This document shows positions 53,168 through 62,683 of a stretch of DNA of 64,000 bases, one piece after another (position 1 is the first letter of the stretch; the number at the start of each line of letters is the position of its first letter). Origin of the DNA: Methanocaldococcus sp. 16A (GTDB lineage: Archaea; AGJL01; Methanococci; Methanococcales; Methanocaldococcaceae). Where the stretch lies: NCBI GenBank assembly GCA_049860595.1, contig CP187551.1; one strand, given 5' to 3'. Made by a program: the position numbers and the translations under genes. The notes beneath the pieces were generated by a model that searched no databases, was not told where the DNA came from, and saw only the letters and a list, made by a program, of their open reading frames with translations.

Positions 53168-53728
53168 TTGATAGGAAAATTAAAGAGTATGTTTGGATTA
53201 AAAAAAGAAAAAGAAACAGAAAAAGATAGCTTAGAAGGAAAGGGATTAATTATATTTGAAAATACAAAGGATGCCATGAAGGCAGAGAATATTTTAAAAG
53301 ATAAATATAAAATTAAGGTGGTTGCTCCTCCAGTAGAGATTAGAGAGGGATGTGATTTGGCAATAGAATATGAGTTAATTGACGAATTTGGAATTAAAAG
53401 AGAATTAGAGAATAACAACATAAAACCTTTAAAATTTATCTCTTTAAATGATTATTCTTTAAAACCATTAGAGTTAATAAAAATTAAAGAAGTTGATGGA
53501 TTTATTTTAGTTAGATGTGGAAATATGAAGATAACTATTGATAAAGAAGGAAATATAGTTAATATCTCTGGTGGTGGTTGTCCTGATGTTCCTTATTTAG
53601 CATTAAAATTAAAAGGAAGAAATATTAAGGATATTAAAGAAGATGAAACTCCAAAAAATTTAGGCTTTACCTTATGTGCATACACATTAAATAAAGCATT
53701 TGAAAAGGCAAAAGAATTAATATCTTAA
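53168..53728 (+). CDS. DUF3343 (putative Se/S carrier-like) protein with Cys-containing C-terminal domain
   Basis: IIFENTKDAMKAE...APPVEIREGCDLAI; CGNM, GGGCPD, TLC. Confidence 0.75.
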   Translation: MIGKLKSMFGLKKEKETEKDSLEGKGLIIFENTKDAMKAENILKDKYKIKVVAPPVEIREGCDLAIEYELIDEFGIKRELENNNIKPLKFISLNDYSLKPLELIKIKEVDGFILVRCGNMKITIDKEGNIVNISGGGCPDVPYLALKLKGRNIKDIKEDETPKNLGFTLCAYTLNKAFEKAKELIS

Positions 53729-54219
53729 ACTTATCTTTATTTTTTATTGTGGTTTTTTCTATTAGTTTTTTCGTTATTTAATAACTATTTTTGGAGTTTA
53801 TTCTATTAACCATTCGTTTTTATGGATTAGTTCTATTATTTTATAACTATTTTAAAATATGGTATTTACTATTCTAAATATAAAACCACAAAATACACAA
53901 CCATTAAAACGAGTCCAATTGGTTCACCAGTTTTCACCTACTCATTCATTATAATTCCCAACTATCCTACTGTCACAATGATTGGTATGTTTTTTATTCT
54001 TTATAATAGTTTTAAATATTTTGTAACCCAAAATCGACAATACTTAAAAGATATTTACTAGAGAGCTCTTATGGTTGCTATAACATCATTATACACAATA
54101 CACAGACAGTGGAAGAAAAAATCATAATTAAATAATCATAACGATTAAATATTCATTATAATAATAAAAATAAAATTAAGATAAACTAAATCCACAAGCT
54201 AAGAAGGGTGTTATCATAA

Positions 54220-56265
54220 ATGAGTCGCTATAGAGTTGGTATCGATATTGGTGGGACATTTACGGACTTAGTTTACTTTGATGAGAAATCCAAGGAGTTC
54301 TCTGTGGTTAAGGTACCTACAACTCCAAAAAAACCTGCAGATGGTGCACTTAAAGCTATAGAGACTGCCAAAATTGAGCTAAAGGATATCTATATGCTAA
54401 TTCATGCTACAACACTTGGAACAAATATGTTTCTTGGTCAGGAAGGTCTAAACCCACCAAAGCTTGCCCTAATAACTACAAAGGGATTTAGAGACATTGT
54501 TGAAATTGGAAGGCAGAGAAGAGCCGATTTATACAATCTATTCTTTGAAAAGCCAAAGCCAATAGTGCTGAGAAGAGACAGGTACGAAGTTGAAGAAAGA
54601 ATCAATGCAAAAGGAGAAATTATCACACCACTTAACGAAGAAGAGTTACGTAGGATTGTTAGGGAGATCTACAGTAAGGGATACGAAATCATAGTAGTGT
54701 CGTTCCTACACAGCTACAGAAACCCTATCCACGAAATTAAAGCTAAAAAGATAATAAAAGAAGTATGCCCGGAGATTGAAGTAATTACATCACATGAAAT
54801 CAACCCCGAATATAAGGAGTATGAGAGAACTAGTACAGCCATCATCAACGCATTTCTAAGGCCAATGATGTCTAAATATTTAACAGCCCTTTTGGAAGCT
54901 TTAAAGAGCAAAGGATTCAAAGGTAGATTCTTCGTAATGCAGAGCAGTGGTGGAATTTCCACCATAGACTACGTAATCAAAAAATCAGCGGCGTTTGTAG
55001 AATCTGGACCGGCTGCTGGAGCAATAGCTGTTGCTTACTACTCTAAAATTACGGGAGATTCGAATATAATCGGATTTGACATGGGTGGAACAACAGCTAA
55101 AGCTTCTACAGTCATAAATCACGAGCCGTCAATAACGACAGAGTATGAGATCGGTGGCAAGGTTCATGCTGGAAGGCTTGTAAAAGGTTCTGGATATCCT
55201 GTTAGGTTTCCGTTTATAGATTTGGCTGAAGTAAGTGCAGGTGGAGGCACTATAGCCTGGGTTGATGAAGGAGGAGCTTTAAGAGTAGGGCCTATTAGTG
55301 CTGGGGCTGATCCTGGACCAGTTTGCTATGGAAGAGGTAATACAAAGCCAACGATTACCGATGCAAACTTTATTTTGGGTAGGCTAGGAGATAAGCTTGG
55401 TGGAGGAGTATTAACACTTAGAAGGGATTTAGCTGAAGATGCATTATCTAAGCTTGCAGATCAGCTTGGAATGAGCTTGGAAGAGACAGCATTCGGGATA
55501 ATAAAGCTTGCAAATACCGTGATGGCTAAAGCTTTGAGAATTGTTACTGTTGAGAGAGGTTATGATCCAAGAGACTTTACGATGTTCGTCTTTGGAGGAG
55601 CTGGAGGTTTGCACGGTGTTGAACTCGCTGAAGAACTGAATGTTAAATCCGTGCTGATTCCACAACACGCTGGAGTGTTCTCAGCTTTAGGACTTCTGCT
55701 TTCAGACTACAGAGTAGACAAGGTTAAGAGTGTAATAAAGGTAGTTGATGATATCAGTGAGGATGAAATAGAAAAAATATACACAAAGCTTGTTGATGAA
55801 GCCGTTAAAGAAGTTAGAGTTGAGAACGCAGAGATAAAAGTAATTAAACAAGTAGATATACGTTATAAAGGACAAGCTTATGAGATTACTATTCCTTGGT
55901 TGGGTAATATTGATGAATGCGTAGAGGCTTTCCACAAAAAGCATGAAGCACTTTACAGTTTCAGCTCTCCAGATGAGAATGTTGAGATTGTAAATCTAAG
56001 AGTTACAGCTATCGGTGTTATGCTTAAACCAGAGATAAAGCCTGAGAAAGTTGTAGAATATATACCAAAGCCTGAATATCACAGAGAAGTCTATTTCAGT
56101 GATGGTTGGATGAACTCGCCAATATATGCTCGTAATAAGCTAAAAGCTGGAGCTAAGATTGAAGGTCCGGCTGTGATTGAAGACTATGACACTACAATAG
56201 TCATTCCTCCGAACTATACAGCTTTTGTTGATGGCCACTTCAACATAAGGATTGTAAGGGATTAG
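54220..56265 (+). CDS. Hydantoinase/5-oxoprolinase subunit A
   Basis: GIDIGGTFTD, EYERTST, SGPAAG, FDMGGTT, SAGADPGP, FGGAG. Confidence 0.92.
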   Translation: MSRYRVGIDIGGTFTDLVYFDEKSKEFSVVKVPTTPKKPADGALKAIETAKIELKDIYMLIHATTLGTNMFLGQEGLNPPKLALITTKGFRDIVEIGRQRRADLYNLFFEKPKPIVLRRDRYEVEERINAKGEIITPLNEEELRRIVREIYSKGYEIIVVSFLHSYRNPIHEIKAKKIIKEVCPEIEVITSHEINPEYKEYERTSTAIINAFLRPMMSKYLTALLEALKSKGFKGRFFVMQSSGGISTIDYVIKKSAAFVESGPAAGAIAVAYYSKITGDSNIIGFDMGGTTAKASTVINHEPSITTEYEIGGKVHAGRLVKGSGYPVRFPFIDLAEVSAGGGTIAWVDEGGALRVGPISAGADPGPVCYGRGNTKPTITDANFILGRLGDKLGGGVLTLRRDLAEDALSKLADQLGMSLEETAFGIIKLANTVMAKALRIVTVERGYDPRDFTMFVFGGAGGLHGVELAEELNVKSVLIPQHAGVFSALGLLLSDYRVDKVKSVIKVVDDISEDEIEKIYTKLVDEAVKEVRVENAEIKVIKQVDIRYKGQAYEITIPWLGNIDECVEAFHKKHEALYSFSSPDENVEIVNLRVTAIGVMLKPEIKPEKVVEYIPKPEYHREVYFSDGWMNSPIYARNKLKAGAKIEGPAVIEDYDTTIVIPPNYTAFVDGHFNIRIVRD

Positions 56266-56266
56266 A

Positions 56267-57979
56267 ATGGATGCTGTAACGATTGAAATTATAAGAAACT
56301 CTACAGAGTATATCGCTGAGGAGATGGGAATAGTTCTAAGAAATACAGCTTACTCTCCAAACATAAGGGACAGAATGGACTGTAGCTGTGCTGTTTTGTC
56401 TGCTAAAGGAGAGCTTGTTGCTCAAGCTGAGCACATTCCAGTCCATTTGGGTAGTATGGCTGTTGGAGCGAAAAACATAGTAGAATACATCGAAAAAGAA
56501 GGTATAGAGATTGAAGACGGCGATGTAATAGTCGTAAATGATCCATATATAGCTGGAACGCATCTAAACGACATAACTCTACTCAAGCCGATATTTTACA
56601 ACAGCAGAATGCTCGGTTTCGTTGCGAATAAAGCCCACCATGTCGATGTTGGTGGGAGAGTTCCAGGAAGCATAGGTATCAATGCAAAGGAGTTTGTTGA
56701 GGAAGGTATAGTTATTCCACCCACAAAGCTAGTCAAGAAGGGCAAGCTCGACAACGAGATCCTTAGGCTGATAGCTTCGAACGTCAGAGTTCCCAAGTGT
56801 ACTATTGGAGATCTAAAGGCTCAAATAGCCTCACTAAACATCGGAACGAAGAGGATTTTGGAGTTAGTAAAGAAATATGGCTATGAATGCGTTGTTGAAG
56901 CTTGGAATAGGAGCTTGGATTATACGGAGAACTATCTAAAGTCTAAGATAGATCAGATTCCAGATTGTGAAAGCGAAGCTGTAGATTACCTTGAGCTGGG
57001 TGATGAACTGATTAACATAAACGCTAAGATCGAAATAAAAGGCAACAGACTTAGAGTAGATTTTACGGGGACTCATGAGCAAATTGACGCTCCACTGAAT
57101 GCCGTTTACGGAGTAACAGTTGCATCAACATCCTTCGCATTGAAGGCTGTTTTAGATCCAGATCTACCTATGAACTACGGCTTTTTTAGAGCGGTTGATA
57201 TCTACGCTCCAGAAGAGACAATTGTAAATCCAGTAAAACCAGCTCCGGTATCGGCAGGTAATGTCGAAACTTCTCAGCGTATTGTAGATGTTCTTCTGAA
57301 AGCTTTATCGGAGATATTTCCAGATAGGGTGCCAGCCGCTTCGCATGGAAGTATGAACAACGTAGTTATCGGTAGTCAAACTTGGACTTTCTACGAAACG
57401 CTCGGAGGAGGTATGGGAGCTCGGCCTAGTAAAGATGGAGTAGATGGTGTACATACGAACATGACAAATACTATGAATACGCCAATAGAGGTTATTGAAA
57501 ACGAATATCCGATACTCGTGCTCGAATATTCTCTGCGAGATGATTCTGGAGGGGCTGGAAAGTTCAGAGGTGGGTTGGGCATAAAAAGGGTCTACAAGGT
57601 TCTATCTAACGCTGTTCTATCGATTATAGCTGAAAGAGTGAAACTCAGACCTTGGGGACTTAAGGGGGGCATGGACGGAGCTTCTGGTGAGCATTACGTG
57701 ATAAAAGCTAATGGAAAAAAGATTCAGCTTTCTGGTAAGGATACTGCTACCTTAAGTAAGGGAGATGTGGTTGTCATAAACACCCCTAGTGGAGGTGGCT
57801 ATGGCAAGCCAGAGGAGAGAGATCCATATTTAGTTTTAGAGGATGTTAAGGATGGTAAGATTTCATTGTCTTCCGCGTATGAGCAATATCTGGTTAAAAT
57901 TGTTGAGAAAAATGGAAAACTTATTGTCGATTTTGATGAAACTGAAAGGATGAGAAGATTTGGCTTGAAAGGTGATTAG
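56267..57979 (+). CDS. Hydantoinase/5-oxoprolinase subunit B
   Basis: HIPVHLG, NDPY..GTHLND, HHVDVGG, NTPIE, DSGGAGKFRGG. Confidence 0.92.
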   Translation: MDAVTIEIIRNSTEYIAEEMGIVLRNTAYSPNIRDRMDCSCAVLSAKGELVAQAEHIPVHLGSMAVGAKNIVEYIEKEGIEIEDGDVIVVNDPYIAGTHLNDITLLKPIFYNSRMLGFVANKAHHVDVGGRVPGSIGINAKEFVEEGIVIPPTKLVKKGKLDNEILRLIASNVRVPKCTIGDLKAQIASLNIGTKRILELVKKYGYECVVEAWNRSLDYTENYLKSKIDQIPDCESEAVDYLELGDELININAKIEIKGNRLRVDFTGTHEQIDAPLNAVYGVTVASTSFALKAVLDPDLPMNYGFFRAVDIYAPEETIVNPVKPAPVSAGNVETSQRIVDVLLKALSEIFPDRVPAASHGSMNNVVIGSQTWTFYETLGGGMGARPSKDGVDGVHTNMTNTMNTPIEVIENEYPILVLEYSLRDDSGGAGKFRGGLGIKRVYKVLSNAVLSIIAERVKLRPWGLKGGMDGASGEHYVIKANGKKIQLSGKDTATLSKGDVVVINTPSGGGYGKPEERDPYLVLEDVKDGKISLSSAYEQYLVKIVEKNGKLIVDFDETERMRRFGLKGD

Positions 57980-58464
57980 AGAGATTGATAACCTTATGAA
58001 ATAGATTTTGTAGTCTTCTACATCTTGATGATATAACATCTAATAGTACAACCACAAACATCGTCGCTCTTAATCTTTCCCAATATTGAATCAACTATTG
58101 CAACAAATCGTTATCTAAAATATCGAGAGGTTAGATAGTTGATTAGAGGCCTTCTATTTATTAGAATATCATTTGTGTTGCTAACTTATTCTTTATCACT
58201 GTTTTTTATGAAGTATTTAAGTTATATCTATTTCTATTTTTTTGATTTTAAGGCAGATATCGTTAATTCACACTCAGTAAAATATGGTGTAGTGTGATAA
58301 TATAAATATTACAAAAATTTTGTCACCTAAAATATTACTAAACAAATAGAAATTATTATATATTGATGACTATTATGCATATAATTATTTGTAAAAATTT
58401 TAAAAATGTGATATTTTGAATATGAAAAGAATTAGAATTTTGTTATGGGGATTATGCGATTTGA

Positions 58465-58740
58465 GGCAGTGATTTTTACATAATGATAAATCATATCCTA
58501 CAAAATGCTGTAATACCAATAATTCCTCTTGTAACTCTAATGTATTGCTAGTTTGAGTTTTCTTGGTTGGGTGTTCAGCTACAACTCCTGAACTAGGGCT
58601 TATGTTGAAAGAAAATGACATACATGGATACAGCATCACGGTTGATGTTTTTTCTAGGTTTGTTGTTGTCAATTTGCATATTATTATTTAATACTCTTGG
58701 AAATGCACTAAGAGGCATTCTCGATCCAGGAAGGGAAAAA
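58465..58740 (+). pseudogene. Decayed C-terminal part of a DppC/NikC ABC permease
   Basis: Frameshifted segments GSDFYIMINHI / NAVIPIIPLVTL / IASLSFLG / TPELGLML / FNTLGNALRGILDP align with the 62683-63546 product. Confidence 0.7.
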
Positions 58741-58775
58741 TGTAATATAAAGATATTATCAAAAAAGGTGATATA

Positions 58776-59408
58776 ATGGATATTAAAGAATATATTAAAT
58801 CAAGATGGGATCATCATGCAAAAAACTACGATGATATACCAGCACACGGTATAAATTCTGAAAAAGATAAAAAAGTTATTAAAAATGCTTTACAGAACAT
58901 ACTTGGAAAAGGAAAAAAAGTTCTTGATGTTGGGTGTGGAACAGGTTTTTTATCATTAATCTTGGCTGAATTAGGACATGAAGTTATAGGTGTTGATATA
59001 TCGGAAGGGATGATAAGTAAAGCGAAAAAGAAAGCCAAAGAGAAGGGATATGATATTTTATTTATGATTGCAGATGCAGAAAATTTGCCTTTTGAAAATA
59101 ACTCTTTTGATGCAGTTGTGGAGAGACACATACTATGGACACTCCCAAATCCAGAAAAAGCCATTAGTGGATGGTCTAAACTTCTAAAAAATGGAGGTAA
59201 ATTAATATTAATCGAAAGTGAAAAAAAGGAAGAAAATATTGCCAGCCACCATTACAATGAAGAAATTGCAAAGAAACTCCCTTTTTCAAACGGTATAGAT
59301 TTGGAAAAATTCAAAGAGATTGCAAATAAATGCAATTTAACATTTAAAGTAGAAACTTTGGACTGCGAAAGAATAAATTTAATGATTATTTGTGAAAAAA
59401 TTTTCTAA
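58776..59408 (+). CDS. Class I SAM-dependent methyltransferase
   Basis: VLDVGCGTG, DAENLPF, RHILWTLP. Confidence 0.88.
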   Translation: MDIKEYIKSRWDHHAKNYDDIPAHGINSEKDKKVIKNALQNILGKGKKVLDVGCGTGFLSLILAELGHEVIGVDISEGMISKAKKKAKEKGYDILFMIADAENLPFENNSFDAVVERHILWTLPNPEKAISGWSKLLKNGGKLILIESEKKEENIASHHYNEEIAKKLPFSNGIDLEKFKEIANKCNLTFKVETLDCERINLMIICEKIF

Positions 59409-59595
59409 TTTTTTTGTTTATTTAATTTATTTAATTTTGATGTTATTGTTAATTGTATATAATATGTGCGTAATTAAGATTATTAAAAAATTAATTTTTG
59501 GTTGTAGAATGATAGGACTGTTAGAGTATTTAATTGAATCCTTGATATACAATTGAAAAGATTCATGTAGAATTTTCTTCATTGTATCCAATGCT

Positions 59596-59610
59596 ATTAA
59601 AAAATCTAAT
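59596..59610. promoter_or_regulatory. Candidate operator ATTAAA-AAA-TCTAAT
   Basis: 59593-59613 matches the reverse complement of 44725-44745 at 19 of 21 positions. Confidence 0.45.
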
Positions 59611-59695
59611 TGCTAAATTATTAAAATTATTTATACCAATTCATCCCAAAAAAAAAATAAGAAGTTTCAAACAGCAAAAGAATTGGTGATGAAAA

Positions 59696-60070
59696 ATGAA
59701 AGTTAAAATTAAAGTTAAGGATTTTGAAGTTGAAGCAGAGCTTTATGAAGATATTGCCCCAAAAACGGTAAGTGCAATAGCTAAAGCACTACCAATAAAA
59801 GGTGTTGTGAATAGATGGGGAGATGAGATTTATTTTGAAACTGATGTTGTTGTTAATGAAGAGGAGAATTCAAAGGAATATGTTGAGTTAGGAGACATTG
59901 CTTATTGGATTCCTGGAAGAGCTATTTGTATCTTCTTTGGAAAGACACCAATAAGCGATGACGACAAAATAAAACCTGCGAGTGCTGTAAATGTTATTGG
60001 GAAAGTTAAGGACTGGAAGAAGTTTAAAGATGTTTGGGATGGAGAGATAATTGAAATTGTTAAGGCATAA
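59696..60070 (+). CDS. Cyclophilin-like fold protein
   Basis: APKT...LP, WGDEIYF, GDIAYW, ICIFFGKTP, PASAVNVIG. Confidence 0.85.
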   Translation: MKVKIKVKDFEVEAELYEDIAPKTVSAIAKALPIKGVVNRWGDEIYFETDVVVNEEENSKEYVELGDIAYWIPGRAICIFFGKTPISDDDKIKPASAVNVIGKVKDWKKFKDVWDGEIIEIVKA

Positions 60071-60820
60071 TTAAACTTTATGCCCTTCAACAAGGAAATA
60101 AGATTTATTTTTCCAAGCTATTCTGTATAGATATGGAACATTTTTATTTAACTCTTCTCTAATCCATTTAAGATTTTTTACAGAAATATTAGTTAAATTT
60201 GCATTTTTAAATAAATTTACAATATCTTCTGGATTTGAACCTCCATAAAATGGGAGTTTTTTATTAATCTCTTTGTCATAGATATTTTTATTTTTCCAAG
60301 GATTTCTTTTTTCATATATCATTATTGCTATCTGTCCAATAAGTTTTCTAATTTTTTCTTCAAAAGTCTTTTCCATCCATTTACCATCAATAGCAACAAC
60401 CTTACCTCCTTTCTTCACAACTCTACTCCACTCATTAATAGCTTTTTGTGGATTTGGCAGAGTCCATAAGAGATGCCTATTTATAACAGCATCAAACTCT
60501 TTATCATCAAATGGTAGGTTTTCAGCATCTGCAATCATAAATTCTATATCTAAACCTCTATCTTTAGCCTTATTTTTAGCCCTTTCAAGCATTTTTTCAG
60601 ATAAATCGATACCAACAACCTCATGCCCTAACTCTGCCAATAAAATTGCCAAAAATCCAGTTCCTGTCCCTACATCCAATATCCTCAATTTTTTATCTCC
60701 AAATGTCTCATATAATACACTTTTCCAGACTTCTGGCAAACCAGAGTGTCCTGGTGAGTTATCATAAGTTTCACTTCTCATGTCCCAATATTTTTTGATA
60801 TAATTTTTTACATCTTCCAT
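60071..60820 (-). CDS. Class I SAM-dependent methyltransferase
   Basis: ILDVGTGTG, DAENLPF, RHLLWTLP; paralog of the 58776 gene. Confidence 0.88.
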   Translation of the reverse strand: MEDVKNYIKKYWDMRSETYDNSPGHSGLPEVWKSVLYETFGDKKLRILDVGTGTGFLAILLAELGHEVVGIDLSEKMLERAKNKAKDRGLDIEFMIADAENLPFDDKEFDAVINRHLLWTLPNPQKAINEWSRVVKKGGKVVAIDGKWMEKTFEEKIRKLIGQIAIMIYEKRNPWKNKNIYDKEINKKLPFYGGSNPEDIVNLFKNANLTNISVKNLKWIREELNKNVPYLYRIAWKNKSYFLVEGHKV

Positions 60821-60831
60821 AATATCCCTCT

Positions 60832-61749
60832 TTATGCATATAAGTGGCATCTAACCTTTCTTTTTTTATCAACTTCAACCAATGGAGGAGTTTCTTTTAG
60901 GCATTTTTCACAGCGTTGTGGGCAGAGATTGTAATATTTACAACCCTCGACAAAACCTAAGCTTTTTTTAATCTCCAATTCTGTATCGGCTATTTCTTCC
61001 TCCATCTTTAGAGATTTTACAAGGAGTTGTGTGTATGGATGTAAAGGCTCATCCAAAATATCTTTTCCTTCTTCAACAATCTGCCCAGCATACATTACAG
61101 CCATTCTATGCCCCATTATGTTTGCAACATCCAAATCATGGGTTATAAATAGATAAGAGAGATTTCTCTCTTTCTGTAATTCTATAAGGAGATTAAGGAT
61201 AGATGCCTGAACAGAAACATCTAACATAGATGTTGGCTCATCACAGACAATAAATTTAGGGTTTAAGGACATTGCCCTTGCTATAACTGCTCTCTGTAGT
61301 TCCCCTCCACTAAGCTCATGTGGAAATCTATTTAAATGGTCTTCTTTTAACCCAACAACTTCTATGAGTTCTTTAATTTTATCATACTCATTATCTGCAA
61401 TTTTGTGAATCCTTAACGGCTCTGCAATGCTATCATATATTGTCCATCTTGGGTCTAATGCAGTATCTGGATATTGAGGAATTAGCTGCATTTCCTTCCT
61501 AATCTTCCTTAATTCTGATTTCTTCATTTTTGTGAGGTTTTTTCCTTCAAAGATAACCTCTCCTTTAGTTGGTTCTGTTAGCATTAACAGCATTCTACCC
61601 AATGTTGATTTCCCACTACCACTCTCACCAATCAACGCCAATGTTTCTCCTTTTTTAATTTCTATATCAACCCCATCAACTGCAACAACCCTTCGTTTTG
61701 AAAATATTCCAAATTCAAAGATCTTATACAAATTTTTACCTTCAATCAT
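60832..61749 (-). CDS. Ni/peptide ABC transporter ATPase (DppF/NikE type)
   Basis: GESGSGKS, LSGGELQR, CDEPT, HPYT, Cys-rich tail. Confidence 0.9.
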   Translation of the reverse strand: MIEGKNLYKIFEFGIFSKRRVVAVDGVDIEIKKGETLALIGESGSGKSTLGRMLLMLTEPTKGEVIFEGKNLTKMKKSELRKIRKEMQLIPQYPDTALDPRWTIYDSIAEPLRIHKIADNEYDKIKELIEVVGLKEDHLNRFPHELSGGELQRAVIARAMSLNPKFIVCDEPTSMLDVSVQASILNLLIELQKERNLSYLFITHDLDVANIMGHRMAVMYAGQIVEEGKDILDEPLHPYTQLLVKSLKMEEEIADTELEIKKSLGFVEGCKYYNLCPQRCEKCLKETPPLVEVDKKRKVRCHLYA

Positions 61750-62683
61750 AGAGATAGCACCTCACAAAGTTCCCATTATGTTCAAAGAATGGGGGCTCTT
61801 TTAGACATTTTTCTGTAGCAAATTCACATCTTGGATGAAACTTGCAACCTTTTGGAGGATTTATCATACTTGGGGAGTTTCCTGGAATTGGTTTTAATCC
61901 ATTGGATGGAAGGGATTCTAAGAGGGCTTTTGAATATGGGTGTAAAGGATTTTTAAAGAAATCTTCTGCTTTACTAATCTCAACCACTTGCCCACAATAC
62001 ATAACTGCAACTCTATCAGCCAATTTTTTAGCAAATGGGATGTCATGAGTTATTAAAAGCAGAGAAAGCTTATCATTATCTTTTTTAATCTTTTCAAAAA
62101 GCTTAACAACTCTAACTTTCTTTATTACATCAACACCCTTTGTCGGCTCATCTGCAATAATTAGCTTAGGTTTTGTTGAAGTTCCCATAGCCACTAAAGC
62201 CCTCTGCCGCATTCCTCCACTGTATTGGTGAGGGTATTCGTAAGCTCTCTTTCTTGCAGGATGAATGCCAAAGTAATCTAAAAGCTCAACAGACCTTTCT
62301 AATGCATCTTTTTTGTTTAATTTTAGATGTAACATCATCGGCTCCGCTACTTGATAACCAACTTTTAATACTGGATTTAGAGATGTTGAAGGACTTTGAG
62401 GAACCCATGCTATTTCTTTCCCCCTAATCTTTCTCATTTCCCTCTCTGGCAGAGAGAGGAGGTTTTTTCCATTAAAGATTATTTCTCCACTAATCTCAGT
62501 ATTTTCTGGCAATAATCTTAGTATTGAAAGTCCCAAAACAGATTTCCCACTACCACTCTCTCCTATTAGGCAGAGAGTTTCACCCTCTTTTATGCTAATG
62601 CTAACACCATTAACTGCCCTAACTTTAACATCCTCTAACAAAAAATTCACATATAGATTTTTAACAATCAGCAAATCATTCAT
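61742..62683 (-). CDS. Ni/peptide ABC transporter ATPase (DppD/NikD type)
   Basis: GESGSGKS, YSGGMRQR, ADEPT, GCKFHPRC. Confidence 0.9.
   Translation of the reverse strand: MNDLLIVKNLYVNFLLEDVKVRAVNGVSISIKEGETLCLIGESGSGKSVLGLSILRLLPENTEISGEIIFNGKNLLSLPEREMRKIRGKEIAWVPQSPSTSLNPVLKVGYQVAEPMMLHLKLNKKDALERSVELLDYFGIHPARKRAYEYPHQYSGGMRQRALVAMGTSTKPKLIIADEPTKGVDVIKKVRVVKLFEKIKKDNDKLSLLLITHDIPFAKKLADRVAVMYCGQVVEISKAEDFFKNPLHPYSKALLESLPSNGLKPIPGNSPSMINPPKGCKFHPRCEFATEKCLKEPPFFEHNGNFVRCYLYD

Noticed and set aside
59512-59530. ATAGGACTG as another MITE end
   Set aside because: Only 8 nt match and no partner terminus nearby.
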